64,000 nucleotides of DNA from Alphaproteobacteria bacterium. GTDB lineage: Bacteria; Pseudomonadota; Alphaproteobacteria; UBA8366. A program made the translations under genes and the position numbers. This document shows positions 34,917-46,739 of this stretch, piece after piece (positions within the stretch are counted from its first letter, which is position 1; each line of letters begins with the position of its first letter). The notes beneath the pieces are model-generated. The model had not been told where the DNA came from, made no database searches, and saw nothing but the letters and a program-made list of their open reading frames with translations. Where the stretch lies: NCBI GenBank assembly GCA_009377445.1, contig WHUA01000001.1:776759-840758 (forward strand), in the 5' to 3' direction.

Positions 34917-36444
34917 GTACGATCAAGGACCTTCCTGTCATCTCGGCGGGCTGCTCGATCGCGAGCAGGTCCAGCACGGTCGGCGCGATATCGGCGAGCT
35001 TGCCGTTCGCCAGCCGCGCGACGCCGCTACGGCCGCCCGCAAGCACGAGCGGCACGAGGTTGGTGGTGTGCGCCGTGTGCGGCTGCCCCGTGCTCTTGTC
35101 CGTCATCTGTTCGGCATTTCCATGATCCGCCGTGATCAGCATGACGCCGCCGGCGGCACGGAGCGCCTTGTCGAGACGGCCGAGGCACGCGTCCACTGCC
35201 TCGACCGCCTTGATCGCCGCGTCCAGGTCGCCGGTATGGCCGACCATGTCGGTATTTGCGAAATTGACCAGGATGAAATCGAACCTTCCGCTGCCGATGG
35301 CCTCGACGAGCCGGTCGGTAACCTCGGCCGCGGACATCTCGGGCTTCAGATCGTAGGTCGCCACCTTCGGCGACGGGATGAGTATCCGCTCTTCCCCCGG
35401 GAAGACGGCTTCGGCGCCGCCGTTGAAGAAGAAAGTGACATGCGCGTATTTCTCGGTTTCGGCGATGCGGAGCTGGGTGCGCCCGGCGTCGGCGAGCACC
35501 TGGCCCAGCACGTTGTCGAGCCGCTGCGCCGGAAACAGCGCCTTCATGAACCGATTGAGCGCCTCGGAGTATTCCACCATGCCGAGCGCGGCGGCGAACG
35601 CCACCGGGCGGCCGCGATCGAAACCGTCGAAGGCCGGATCGAGCAGGGCTGTCAGTATCTCGCGCGCGCGGTCGGCCCGGAAATTCGCCATCAGGAGGCC
35701 ATCGCCGTCCCGCATGCCGCGGTAGCCGCCGATCACGGCCGGGAGCATAAATTCGTCCGTAACCCTTGCCGCATACGAGGCTTCGATCGCCTGCAGCGGA
35801 TCCGTGGCGGCCGCGCCGTCGGCGAACACCAGCGCCCGGTAAGCCTTCTCGACCCGATTCCAGCGCTTGTCCCGATCCATCGCAAAGTAACGGCCGGTGA
35901 CGGTGGCGACCCGCGCGCCCGGCGCGTCTCGGAGGAAGGTGCGCATGTATTCCACGGCGCTGGACGGCGGCGTGTCGCGCCCGTCGAGCAGCGCGTGGAC
36001 GACGCAGGGTATCCCCGCCTCGGCTAGGAGCCGCGCCAGCCCGGCGATATGCGCCTGGTGCGAATGCACGCCGCCGGGCGACAGAAGTCCCAGAAGGTGC
36101 GCGGTGCCGCCGCTCTTGCGGAGCGCCGCGGCGAATTCTGCGAATGCGGGCAGGGCCGGTATCGACCCTTGGGCGAAAGCGTCGTCGATCCGCGGCAGAT
36201 CCTGCATCACCACCCGGCCGGCGCCCAGATTCATGTGGCCGACCTCGGAATTGCCCATCTGGCCGGCCGGCAGCCCGACATGGCCTTCGGACGCGTCGAG
36301 CCGCGCGCGCGGGCAGGCCGCGCTCAGCCGGTCCCACACGGGCGTATCGGCCAGCACGATGGCGTTGTCTTCGGGTTCCTTGCGCTCGCCCCACCCATCC
36401 AAAACGCACAACAGGACGGGACGCGGTTTAGCCGATTTTTCCAT
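34888..36444 (-). CDS. gpmI: 2,3-bisphosphoglycerate-independent phosphoglycerate mutase
   Basis: LDGWG, GQMGNSEVGH, AETEKYAHVTFF, DMVGHTG, ADHGNAE. Confidence 0.98.
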   Translation of the reverse strand: MEKSAKPRPVLLCVLDGWGERKEPEDNAIVLADTPVWDRLSAACPRARLDASEGHVGLPAGQMGNSEVGHMNLGAGRVVMQDLPRIDDAFAQGSIPALPAFAEFAAALRKSGGTAHLLGLLSPGGVHSHQAHIAGLARLLAEAGIPCVVHALLDGRDTPPSSAVEYMRTFLRDAPGARVATVTGRYFAMDRDKRWNRVEKAYRALVFADGAAATDPLQAIEASYAARVTDEFMLPAVIGGYRGMRDGDGLLMANFRADRAREILTALLDPAFDGFDRGRPVAFAAALGMVEYSEALNRFMKALFPAQRLDNVLGQVLADAGRTQLRIAETEKYAHVTFFFNGGAEAVFPGEERILIPSPKVATYDLKPEMSAAEVTDRLVEAIGSGRFDFILVNFANTDMVGHTGDLDAAIKAVEAVDACLGRLDKALRAAGGVMLITADHGNAEQMTDKSTGQPHTAHTTNLVPLVLAGGRSGVARLANGKLADIAPTVLDLLAIEQPAEMTGRSLIVHAGEQREAG

Positions 36445-36522
36445 GCCGACCGGTCGATACTCCTGGGTCTAAATGTGGGGCGGAGAATAACCGGATTCCA
36501 GCGCCAAGAAAACGTTATGTGG

Positions 36523-36981
36523 CTAGCCCTTGTGGTAAGGGTGGCCAGCCAGGATCTGCTGCGCCCTGTAAAGCTGCTCCATCAACATGCCGCGGACGAG
36601 AAGATGTGGCCAAGTCATTGTTCCCAATGAAACTTTAAGGTTTATTTCGGCCAAGAACGCGGCATCGAGCCCGTCCGCGCCGCCGATTACGAACGCGAGA
36701 TCGCGCCGTCCGCCCTCCTGCCACGCGCCGATGCGGTCAGCGAATTGCCTGCTGTCCATCTGGATCCCGTGCTCGTCGAGCGCGACCCGGGCCGCCGCAT
36801 CGGGCACGGCGGCGCGCAAAAGCTCCGCCTCGCGGCGTTGCCGCTCGGCGGCGGCAAGTGGACGCCGCTCCTCCACCTCGCGGATCGATACGGGCCAATG
36901 CATGCGGCGGCGGTAGGTTTCGACGAGGTCGAATTCGGGACCGCGGCGAAGGCGACCCACGGCTGCGATGACGATGCGCAT
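36523..36981 (-). CDS. rlmH: 23S rRNA pseudouridine1915 N3-methyltransferase
   Basis: VALDEHG, FVIGGADGL, TWPHLLVR, EQLYRA..IL.GHPYHK. Confidence 0.96.
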   Translation of the reverse strand: MRIVIAAVGRLRRGPEFDLVETYRRRMHWPVSIREVEERRPLAAAERQRREAELLRAAVPDAAARVALDEHGIQMDSRQFADRIGAWQEGGRRDLAFVIGGADGLDAAFLAEINLKVSLGTMTWPHLLVRGMLMEQLYRAQQILAGHPYHKG

Positions 36982-37001
36982 GCGCCCGGGCCCGCCCCTG
37001 G

Positions 37002-37364
37002 CTATATCGCCGCCTGGCTGATCCGATCCCGATGCGGCGCCGCCGCGTCGCCCCAAAGCTTCTCGAGCTTGTAGAAATCGCGGACCTCCGGTCGGAACAG
37101 ATGGACCACGACGTCGCCCGCGTCGACGAGCACCCAATCGCAATGCTTCTGGCCCTCGACCGAGACGCCTTTCACACCGCTTTTCCGCAAGCGATCGAGG
37201 AGGTGATCGGCCATCGCGCCCACGTGGCGGCTCGAACGCCCCGATGCGACGACCATGCTGTCCGCGATGGCGGTCTTACCCTCCAGGTCTATCGAGACGA
37301 CGTCGATAGCCTGATTGTCGTCAAGGATTTCTTCGATCAGGGACAGCATTGACCGGCTGTCCAT
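37002..37364 (-). CDS. rsfS: Ribosome silencing factor
   Basis: IADSMVVASGRSSRHV, DWVLVDAGDVVVHLF, RDFYKLEKLW; start may be 37349. Confidence 0.96.
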   Translation of the reverse strand: MDSRSMLSLIEEILDDNQAIDVVSIDLEGKTAIADSMVVASGRSSRHVGAMADHLLDRLRKSGVKGVSVEGQKHCDWVLVDAGDVVVHLFRPEVRDFYKLEKLWGDAAAPHRDRISQAAI

Positions 37365-37420
37365 CGGTGTCGAACTATTGGCAGATATGGCTCATTTCCT
37401 CGTTGTTCGATCTCCGCGGC

Positions 37421-38104
37421 TCAAACGCCGCGCGCGGCGGCCGCGCCAGCCCGTCCTGGCTTCTTCCTGCTGCGCCGTGCCGCGGCCCTGATTTCGGTTG
37501 CAGACGCGGAATGCAGCCTGATACGCAGAAAAACCCAAGCTGGTGGCTCTTGCTCTGCGAGACGCCGGGCCTGCCGCTCCGGCAGGCGGCTTCGCGCAAA
37601 CCGGTAGGCTGCCTGTCCCGCCAAAGCTCTGAGAGAATAGGATGGCCGCGCGAAAACCGCAACGGCAACGGCGCCGAACAGCGCCTGCCAGGACTTCCAC
37701 GCCGGCATCTGGATCAGGTTGTCCGCGCCGATGAGCCATACGAATGCGAAGCCTGGATGGCGGCGTTTCAGCGCCCGCACCGTGTCCACCGTATAGCGCG
37801 TCGAGAGACGGCGCTCGATGTCGGTCACCCGGATGCGCGGGTGGTTGGCGGCAATTCGTGCGGACGCCATGCGCTGCGCGAGAGCGGCCATGCCCTTTGC
37901 CGGCTTGAGCGGATTTTGCGGGGAGACCAGCCACCATACCTCATCGAGCGCGAGGCGCCGGAGGGCGATCAGGCTGATGTGGCGGTGGCCCGCATGGGCG
38001 GGATTGAAGGAACCGCCGAGCAGCCCGATCCGGCGCCGCGGCGCCGGACGCTCCAAACGGTCCGTGTCGGCGCGCGGAACGCAAATGGGTACACAACGTT
38101 GCAT
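37421..38104 (-). CDS. nadD: Nicotinate-nucleotide adenylyltransferase
   Basis: GGSFNPAHAGH, WLVSPQNPLK, WLIGADNL, SATEIR; start uncertain. Confidence 0.93.
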   Translation of the reverse strand: MQRCVPICVPRADTDRLERPAPRRRIGLLGGSFNPAHAGHRHISLIALRRLALDEVWWLVSPQNPLKPAKGMAALAQRMASARIAANHPRIRVTDIERRLSTRYTVDTVRALKRRHPGFAFVWLIGADNLIQMPAWKSWQALFGAVAVAVFARPSYSLRALAGQAAYRFARSRLPERQARRLAEQEPPAWVFLRIRLHSASATEIRAAARRSRKKPGRAGAAAARGV

Positions 38105-38224
38105 CTGATGGTCGATGGCGAACCGAGGAAGAACCGAAGCCGGCGTTCGATCAACCGTACAAGCAGGAGCATGCTCCGCCAAGTGGCTTACGTCCCGCCC
38201 GGCAGCGGAACGCCGCCGCGGGCG

Positions 38225-39853
38225 CTACTCGCCGCCGATAGAGTCGGCCGTATTCTCTACCGCCCGATGGTCCACACGGCGGCCGGCCAAGTGCGGCTTC
38301 TCGTCGCCCGGCGTCAGCTCCTGGCTTAACGAGAAGAATCCCACGACGTGCCCATGTTCGTCTTTGTGCGGAATGAAATTGATATGGACCGTACGCTTGC
38401 CGACGCTGGGGAAAACGACGGATAGCGTATGGCGTACGTGCTCACCGGCGAGAACGCGATCGATATAGGGCTTGAGAAGCCGGAACCGGTCGAGATCCAC
38501 GAACTCGGTCATATGGCGGCCGATCATGTCCTCGCGGCGTACGCCGTACCATTCGTGGTACTGCCGGTTGACGTACTGATAGCGCAGGTTCCGGTCGCGA
38601 TAGGAGATCAGCGCAGGAACGGAATCGATGATGACGTGCAGCTGCTGCTCGCGCTGGCGCAGCATGCGCTCGATGTCCTTGAGATCGGTGATGTCCTGAA
38701 CGAGGGAGAAATAACCCTCCACCTCGCCGGCCGCGTTGCGCTGCGGGATCAGCGTGGTGCGAAGATCGCACAGGCCGCGACCGGGGAATTCGCATTGCGT
38801 GGTGTAGTGAACGGTGTTGCCGGCCAGCACCCCCGCGCGCCGCGACTTCATCAATTGATAGTGCGCCTCGTTCCGCACGGCGCAGACATGGTGTCCGACG
38901 ATTTGATCCCGCGGCAGCCCCACCCAGTCCGCATAAGTCTTGTTCACATAGGAGTAGCGCAGGTCGCGCGTCTTATGGGCGAGAATCACCGGGACCGAAT
39001 CCATGAGCTCGCGCAGCAGCAGCGAGTCATCCGATTTCGGTCGCGATGCGCTTGCGGCCGCGGGGACGCTGCGGGCGCGCGAAGATGCCGCCGGTCGCGG
39101 CGCCGGGTGCCGGGCCGGTTTCTCGCGATCGATCGTAAGCATGACGGCGGGCCCGCCGCGCCAGTCGATGACATGACTGCGCATCACGAGCTGAAGCGGC
39201 AGTCCATCCGTGCGAAGCGCCTCGCAATGAACCGGCTGGGCGTGGCCCGGCGGCGGCTGCCCATCGGCGGAAGGCAAATTCATCAACGGGCTGATTTCGC
39301 GCAGCGCCTCGGCCATGGTCGAAAAGCCGAACAGTTCGACATAGGCATGGTTGGCAAAAAGCGGCTGCCCGTCGCGGTATATCAGTATGGCCTCGTTGAG
39401 ATTGTTCGCCAGGGACTGGAAACGCCCTTCGACGGCGTCGGAGCCCGCGTCGTCAACGGCATTGTCCGGATGGACGCGCTGGATCGCCACGACATGGCCG
39501 GACCCGCCGTTGTCGAACAGCGGATTTATGAACAACTCCGCCCGGAACCTGCTTCCGTCCTTGCGGGAATTCAGCAGCATGAAAGTCGCCTTTTCCCGCT
39601 GCTCGAACGCCACGCCGACCTGATCGATCACGCTCGGGTTGTTGTATTCGGCGCACAGGAATGTCGGCGGCATTCCCGTTGCGTCGCGCAGGGAATAGCC
39701 GGTGAGCCGCGAAAAGGCGTCGTTCACGAAACAGATACGGCTGCCCATCGGGCCGTTCGGATCCTGTTCGGTCACGAACAGCGCGTCGTTCGTACAATCG
39801 AGAACCGATTTCAGATAGGACAAATGCGCGGTGGGCGGGTCAGTTGGCGCCAT
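38225..39853 (-). CDS. Multi-PAS (four PAS/PAC) protein with no output domain
   Basis: Four PAS-like repeats (VNDAFSRLTGY..RKDG, ANHAYVELFGF, VNKTYADWVG, VNRQYHEWYG); ends about 25 aa after the last PAC. Confidence 0.85.
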   Translation of the reverse strand: MAPTDPPTAHLSYLKSVLDCTNDALFVTEQDPNGPMGSRICFVNDAFSRLTGYSLRDATGMPPTFLCAEYNNPSVIDQVGVAFEQREKATFMLLNSRKDGSRFRAELFINPLFDNGGSGHVVAIQRVHPDNAVDDAGSDAVEGRFQSLANNLNEAILIYRDGQPLFANHAYVELFGFSTMAEALREISPLMNLPSADGQPPPGHAQPVHCEALRTDGLPLQLVMRSHVIDWRGGPAVMLTIDREKPARHPAPRPAASSRARSVPAAASASRPKSDDSLLLRELMDSVPVILAHKTRDLRYSYVNKTYADWVGLPRDQIVGHHVCAVRNEAHYQLMKSRRAGVLAGNTVHYTTQCEFPGRGLCDLRTTLIPQRNAAGEVEGYFSLVQDITDLKDIERMLRQREQQLHVIIDSVPALISYRDRNLRYQYVNRQYHEWYGVRREDMIGRHMTEFVDLDRFRLLKPYIDRVLAGEHVRHTLSVVFPSVGKRTVHINFIPHKDEHGHVVGFFSLSQELTPGDEKPHLAGRRVDHRAVENTADSIGGE

Positions 39854-39890
39854 ATATCCCGTTCATCTGCAGGGGGCGTCAGTAGTTGCC

Positions 39891-39920
39891 ATTATGACGT
39901 AGGTGGGTGCCGAAGATCAA
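39891..39920 (-). promoter_or_regulatory. Putative promoter of the PAS gene
   Basis: TTGATC-N18-CATAAT on the minus strand in an AT-rich spacer 40-65 bp upstream of the ATG. Confidence 0.45.
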
Positions 39921-40004
39921 CAGTTGGTAGTATGCAGAAGTTCGAGTCGTATCTTACTATTCCGAGATAACAATCCACAGTTGCAGATATCCTAGAAAGG
40001 CGCT

Positions 40005-41280
40005 TTACGGTCGCGTCTGCCCGTCGCCGCGCACGACGTATTTGAAGCTCGTGAGCTGCTCGGCCCCGACCGGCCCGCGCGCATGGAGCTTGCCGGTGGA
40101 GATGCCGATCTCGGCGCCCATGCCGAACTCGGCCCCGTCCGCGAACTGCGTCGAGGCATTGTGCAGGACGATCGCGCTGTCGACTTCGGCAAGGAAACGC
40201 TCCGCCGCTTCCGCATCCTCGGTAATGATCGCGTCGGTATGATGCGACCCGTGGCGGTTCACGTGCTCGATGGCCGCCGGCAGGCCGTCCACGATCTTCA
40301 GCGAGATGACGGCGTCGAGGTATTCGGTGTCCCAGTCGGCATCGCTGGCGGGAACGATGCGGGCGTCAATCGACTGCGCCGCCGGGTCGCCCCGGATCTC
40401 GCAGCCCGCCCCGGCCAGGTCGTCGACGATCGCAGGCAGTTGCCGTGCGGCGATCGCGCGGTCGATCAGCAGCGATTCCGCGGCGCCGCAGACGCCTGTC
40501 CGGCGCATCTTCGCGTTCAGCGTGACGCGCCGCGCGATCTCCGGATCGGCCTTCTCATGGATATAGACGTGACAGTTTCCCTCGAGATGGGCGATGACCG
40601 GAATCCGGGACTCCTTCATGACGCGCTCGATGAGCGACTTGCCGCCGCGCGGCACGATGATGTCGATGAGATCGGACATGCGGAGCATGGCGCCGACCGC
40701 CTCGCGGTCGCGCGTCGGCACGAGCTGGATGGAGTCCGCCGGCAGGTTGCCCCGCCTGAGCCCGTCCCTGAGGCATTCGGCGATGGCGGTCGAGGAATGG
40801 AAACTCTCCGAGCCTCCGCGCAGGATCGCGGCGTTGCCCGACTTCAGGCAAAGCCCGCCGGCGTCGGCGGTCACGTTCGGCCGGGATTCGTAGATGATTC
40901 CGATCACGCCGAGCGGGACGCGGACCCGGGCGATGCGAAGGCCGTTCGGCCGCTCCCATTCCGCGATCGTCTGGCCGACCGGGTCGGGCAGGTCGGCGAC
41001 CGCCTCCAGCGCCTTGGCGATATCCTCGACCCGCCGGTCGTCGAGCAGCAGCCGGTCGCGCATCGCCGCGCTCAGCCCCTTCTGCCCGGCTAGGCGCAGA
41101 TCCTTGGCGTTTTCTTCCTTGATCCTGGCGGCGTTCGCGCGGATCGATGCGGCTGCGGCTCGCAGCGCCGCATCCTTGGCCGCCCGGCCGGCCTTGGCCA
41201 GCGCGGGAAGGGACTGGCGCGCGGCGGCGGCTATGCGGCGCACCTCCGCTTCGACGGACATTTGCCTGTCTTCGGTTGCC

Positions 41281-41288
<8 letters not shown>
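40005..41288 (-). CDS. proA: Gamma-glutamyl phosphate reductase
   Basis: [48 protein letters not shown]. Confidence 0.98.
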
Positions 41289-44020
<2,732 letters not shown>

Positions 44021-44130
44021 ATCCGGCCAGTCCTCGGGAGGGCATGAAAAGAGGGAGATGGTCTCCCATCTCCCTCCTTGAACCGGATCGATGTCGATGG
44101 GAGCCACCTGCGGTGGCTCACCCACCGCGG

Positions 44131-44400
44131 TTATTCGGCAGCCGGGACGACCATCGGTTCGACGTGGACGGTCGTGCGGGCGCGCGTCTTGTGAAACTGG
44201 ACCTTGCCTTCGGACAGCGCGAACAGCGTGTGGTCCCGGCCCATGCCGACGTTGCGCCCGGGGTGCACCTTGGTGCCCCGCTGACGCACGAGGATGTTGC
44301 CGGCGAGCACGCCCTCGCCGCCGAACTTCTTCACGCCGAGGCGCTGGCCCGCTGAGTCGCGGCCGTTGCGTGAGCTGCCGCCGGCTTTCTTGTGTGCCAT
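44131..44400 (-). CDS. rpmA: 50S ribosomal protein L27
   Basis: [16 protein letters not shown]. Confidence 0.99.
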   Translation of the reverse strand: MAHKKAGGSSRNGRDSAGQRLGVKKFGGEGVLAGNILVRQRGTKVHPGRNVGMGRDHTLFALSEGKVQFHKTRARTTVHVEPMVVPAAE

Positions 44401-44413
44401 GCTGCGTTACTCC

Positions 44414-44920
44414 TTATTCTTTGGACTTCTTCGCGGCGGGCTTGCGCGCCGCCGGCTTCTTGGCTGCGGGCTTCTTCGCAGCCGGCTTCTTGGCGGCGGC
44501 CTTCGGCTTATCGGCCTTCGGTTCCTTCGCCGCTGCGGGCTTCGCCTGGGTCTGAGCTTGGGGCTTGGCTTCAAGCTTGGCGGCCGCGCGCTTCTCCGGC
44601 TTCTTGCCGTCGGTCAGGATCTCCGTGATGCGCAGCACCGTGAGATGTTGCTTGTGCCCGCGCGTGCGCCGGTAATCCTTGCGGCGCTTCTTCTTGAAGA
44701 TGATGACCTTCTTGGCGCGCGCCTGCTTCACGACCTCGGCCGCGACCGTCGCGCCCGCGACGATCGGCGTTCCGGCGGTCTGCGCCGTCTCGTTGCCGAC
44801 CATCAGCACGTCCGTCAGCTCGACCACGGCGCCCGGCTCGGCATCCAGCTTTTCGACGGCGATGATGTCGTTGGCGGCGACCCGATACTGCTTGCCGCCG
44901 GTCTTGACCACTGCAAACAT
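44414..44920 (-). CDS. rplU: 50S ribosomal protein L21 with Lys/Ala/Pro-rich C-terminal extension
   Basis: [23 protein letters not shown]; tail with PAAKK repeats. Confidence 0.98.
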   Translation of the reverse strand: MFAVVKTGGKQYRVAANDIIAVEKLDAEPGAVVELTDVLMVGNETAQTAGTPIVAGATVAAEVVKQARAKKVIIFKKKRRKDYRRTRGHKQHLTVLRITEILTDGKKPEKRAAAKLEAKPQAQTQAKPAAAKEPKADKPKAAAKKPAAKKPAAKKPAARKPAAKKSKE

Positions 44921-45030
44921 AATACTGTTTCTCGCTGTTTTCCGATCCCGGCCGCTGATCGCCCGGTGAATTTGGTTGTTCCAAATACCGGGAAATCCGG
45001 GACGCACGGGGCTCCTGGACTTGCGGCGCG

Positions 45031-45058
45031 ACTATACTCGGGCGATCCCCCAAGTCAA
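45031..45058 (-). promoter_or_regulatory. Putative sigma70 promoter of rplU-rpmA
   Basis: TTGACT-N16-TATAGT followed by a GC-rich discriminator; -35 box overlaps the upstream gene's stop. Confidence 0.65.
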
Positions 45059-46092
45059 CGGAGAAGTACCGTTTTCAGCGCCTCGGCGGGATTCGCCGCC
45101 GGCTCGCGGTGCGCCAGGACCTCGGTGGCGGCCCCGTCGACCTCCCAGCCCTGCACCAGAAGCGCGCCCGTCGCCGCGTTGGCGACCACCGAAAGGCGGG
45201 TATCGCGGTTCAGGATCGGCTCGACCATCCAGTCGAAGCCCTCGGCGGGGAGCCGGCTGAGCCCGTTCATCAGGCGGTGCCGCCGCCGGCTGTCGACGCC
45301 GCGCGGACGCCCGCGGAGGCTCTGCGTCAGCCAGTGATTGGCGATGGCGGCGGGCGCCGGGTGGACCCAGGCGCGGGTCTCGGTGCGCTCGATGACGCAG
45401 CCCTCCCTGGCGCCGGTGCCGGCGAGGGCGAAGAAGGCCGGCAGCGCGATCGGCGCGGTTTCCAGGGTCTCCTTGGCTTCCTCGTAGGTCCGGCAGGATT
45501 CCATCACCTGGCGCGCCAGATGGACGGGCGGCAGGTGGCGGCTGCGGAAGACCTGGACGCGGTTGACCGCCCAATCGGCGGCGAGCGGCAGGTATCCGCG
45601 CCTGACCAGCGGCGCCTGGTTGATGGCGAGCGCGAAGCGGCCGGGCGCCGCGGCGGTGACGACGCCGACGAAGCCGGGCCAGGTGACGTTGAGGAAGCTG
45701 CCTGCCGGGCCTTCCTGCCGGGCGACGAGCACGCGCCGGCCGACGCCGTGGAACGGCCAGTCGAGCGTGCGCAGCATGCGCATGCCGGGGGCGGAAGGAT
45801 CGGGCGCCACCCCGGTCGTGCAGCCCCACTCGAAGCAGAAGTTCATGAACCACGCCCCGGTGCCGATGCGCGCCGACAGCCGCGCGACCTCCTCGCGGTA
45901 GGGGTTGTTGGAGCGCACGGCCCAACGGCGGGACAGGGTGTCCAGCATCGGCAACAGCGGCCCCGGCAGCATCCGCCGGGCCGCGGCGACCAGTTCCGCC
46001 GCCCCGTCCGGATGCATGTCCGCCAGCGCCTCGGGCGACGAATTGCCCAAGTCGACGATGGGGATGACCGGTCGGGTCGTGGCCGCGGACAT
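45055..46092 (-). CDS. Ntn-hydrolase (acid ceramidase/choloylglycine hydrolase/C45-like)
   Basis: Internal GCTT (candidate Cys nucleophile), RTLDW, TWPGFVG, FALAIN, IANHW. Confidence 0.72.
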   Translation of the reverse strand: MSAATTRPVIPIVDLGNSSPEALADMHPDGAAELVAAARRMLPGPLLPMLDTLSRRWAVRSNNPYREEVARLSARIGTGAWFMNFCFEWGCTTGVAPDPSAPGMRMLRTLDWPFHGVGRRVLVARQEGPAGSFLNVTWPGFVGVVTAAAPGRFALAINQAPLVRRGYLPLAADWAVNRVQVFRSRHLPPVHLARQVMESCRTYEEAKETLETAPIALPAFFALAGTGAREGCVIERTETRAWVHPAPAAIANHWLTQSLRGRPRGVDSRRRHRLMNGLSRLPAEGFDWMVEPILNRDTRLSVVANAATGALLVQGWEVDGAATEVLAHREPAANPAEALKTVLLR

Positions 46093-46150
46093 GCCGCTAC
46101 TGTCCGCCTCCGCTAGGGCGAAAGCAATAATTCCAAAGGACGGCTAACGC

Positions 46151-46179
46151 TTGCGGCCCGGCTGGGCATCGGGTAGGTT
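46151..46179 (+). promoter_or_regulatory. Putative tRNA promoter
   Basis: TTGCGG-N17-TAGGTT followed by CCGCCGC discriminator, upstream of the tRNA. Confidence 0.55.
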
Positions 46180-46222
46180 CCGCCGCATTCAAATCGGGCC
46201 GGCGTCGCCGGTACCGCCCGAC

Positions 46223-46312
<90 letters not shown>

Positions 46313-46539
46313 GACCTTAAGTCATTAATACATAATAATATTATGTTTCTGCGACAAGTCGAAATTCGCGACTCTTTTCCGCCGGTTGGCGCCATGATCC
46401 GTGTCGTAGTCGGCACCTGAGACCGGTCGGATGCGGCGAACGGGGGGCCGATATCGCAAAGGTCTCTTACGCAGGTGTTGGTGGTACGGCAAAATGCGCG
46501 GCGGCGACGTACGCGCCGGACCAGCCGGCGTAATCAGGG

Positions 46540-46713
46540 ATGAACGGGGCGGCCGTGGCCGAAGGCAAAACAGGCGACATCGTCCAGATCCGAATAATCC
46601 TGCAGGAGATCGAGCCGTTCGACGCGGCGGACATGGAGACCGACAAGGTCGAAGCGATGCTGAGCCGGGTTAGCGGCGGCAGGCGCAAGGGCCGAGGAAG
46701 AGCAAGGCCTGAC
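46540..46713 (+). pseudogene. Possible internally deleted pRiA4b ORF-3-like gene
   Basis: IVQIRIILQEIEP (N-terminal-like) joined to FDAADMETDKVEAMLSRV..RRKG (C-terminal-like); family recalled by eye. Confidence 0.4.
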
Positions 46714-46739
46714 AATGGCCATGGGAATCCGACCGGCGA

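Noticed and set aside
39400-39853. LOV blue-light photoreceptor call for PAS1
   Set aside because: The GxNCRFLQ cysteine is absent (GMPPTFL)
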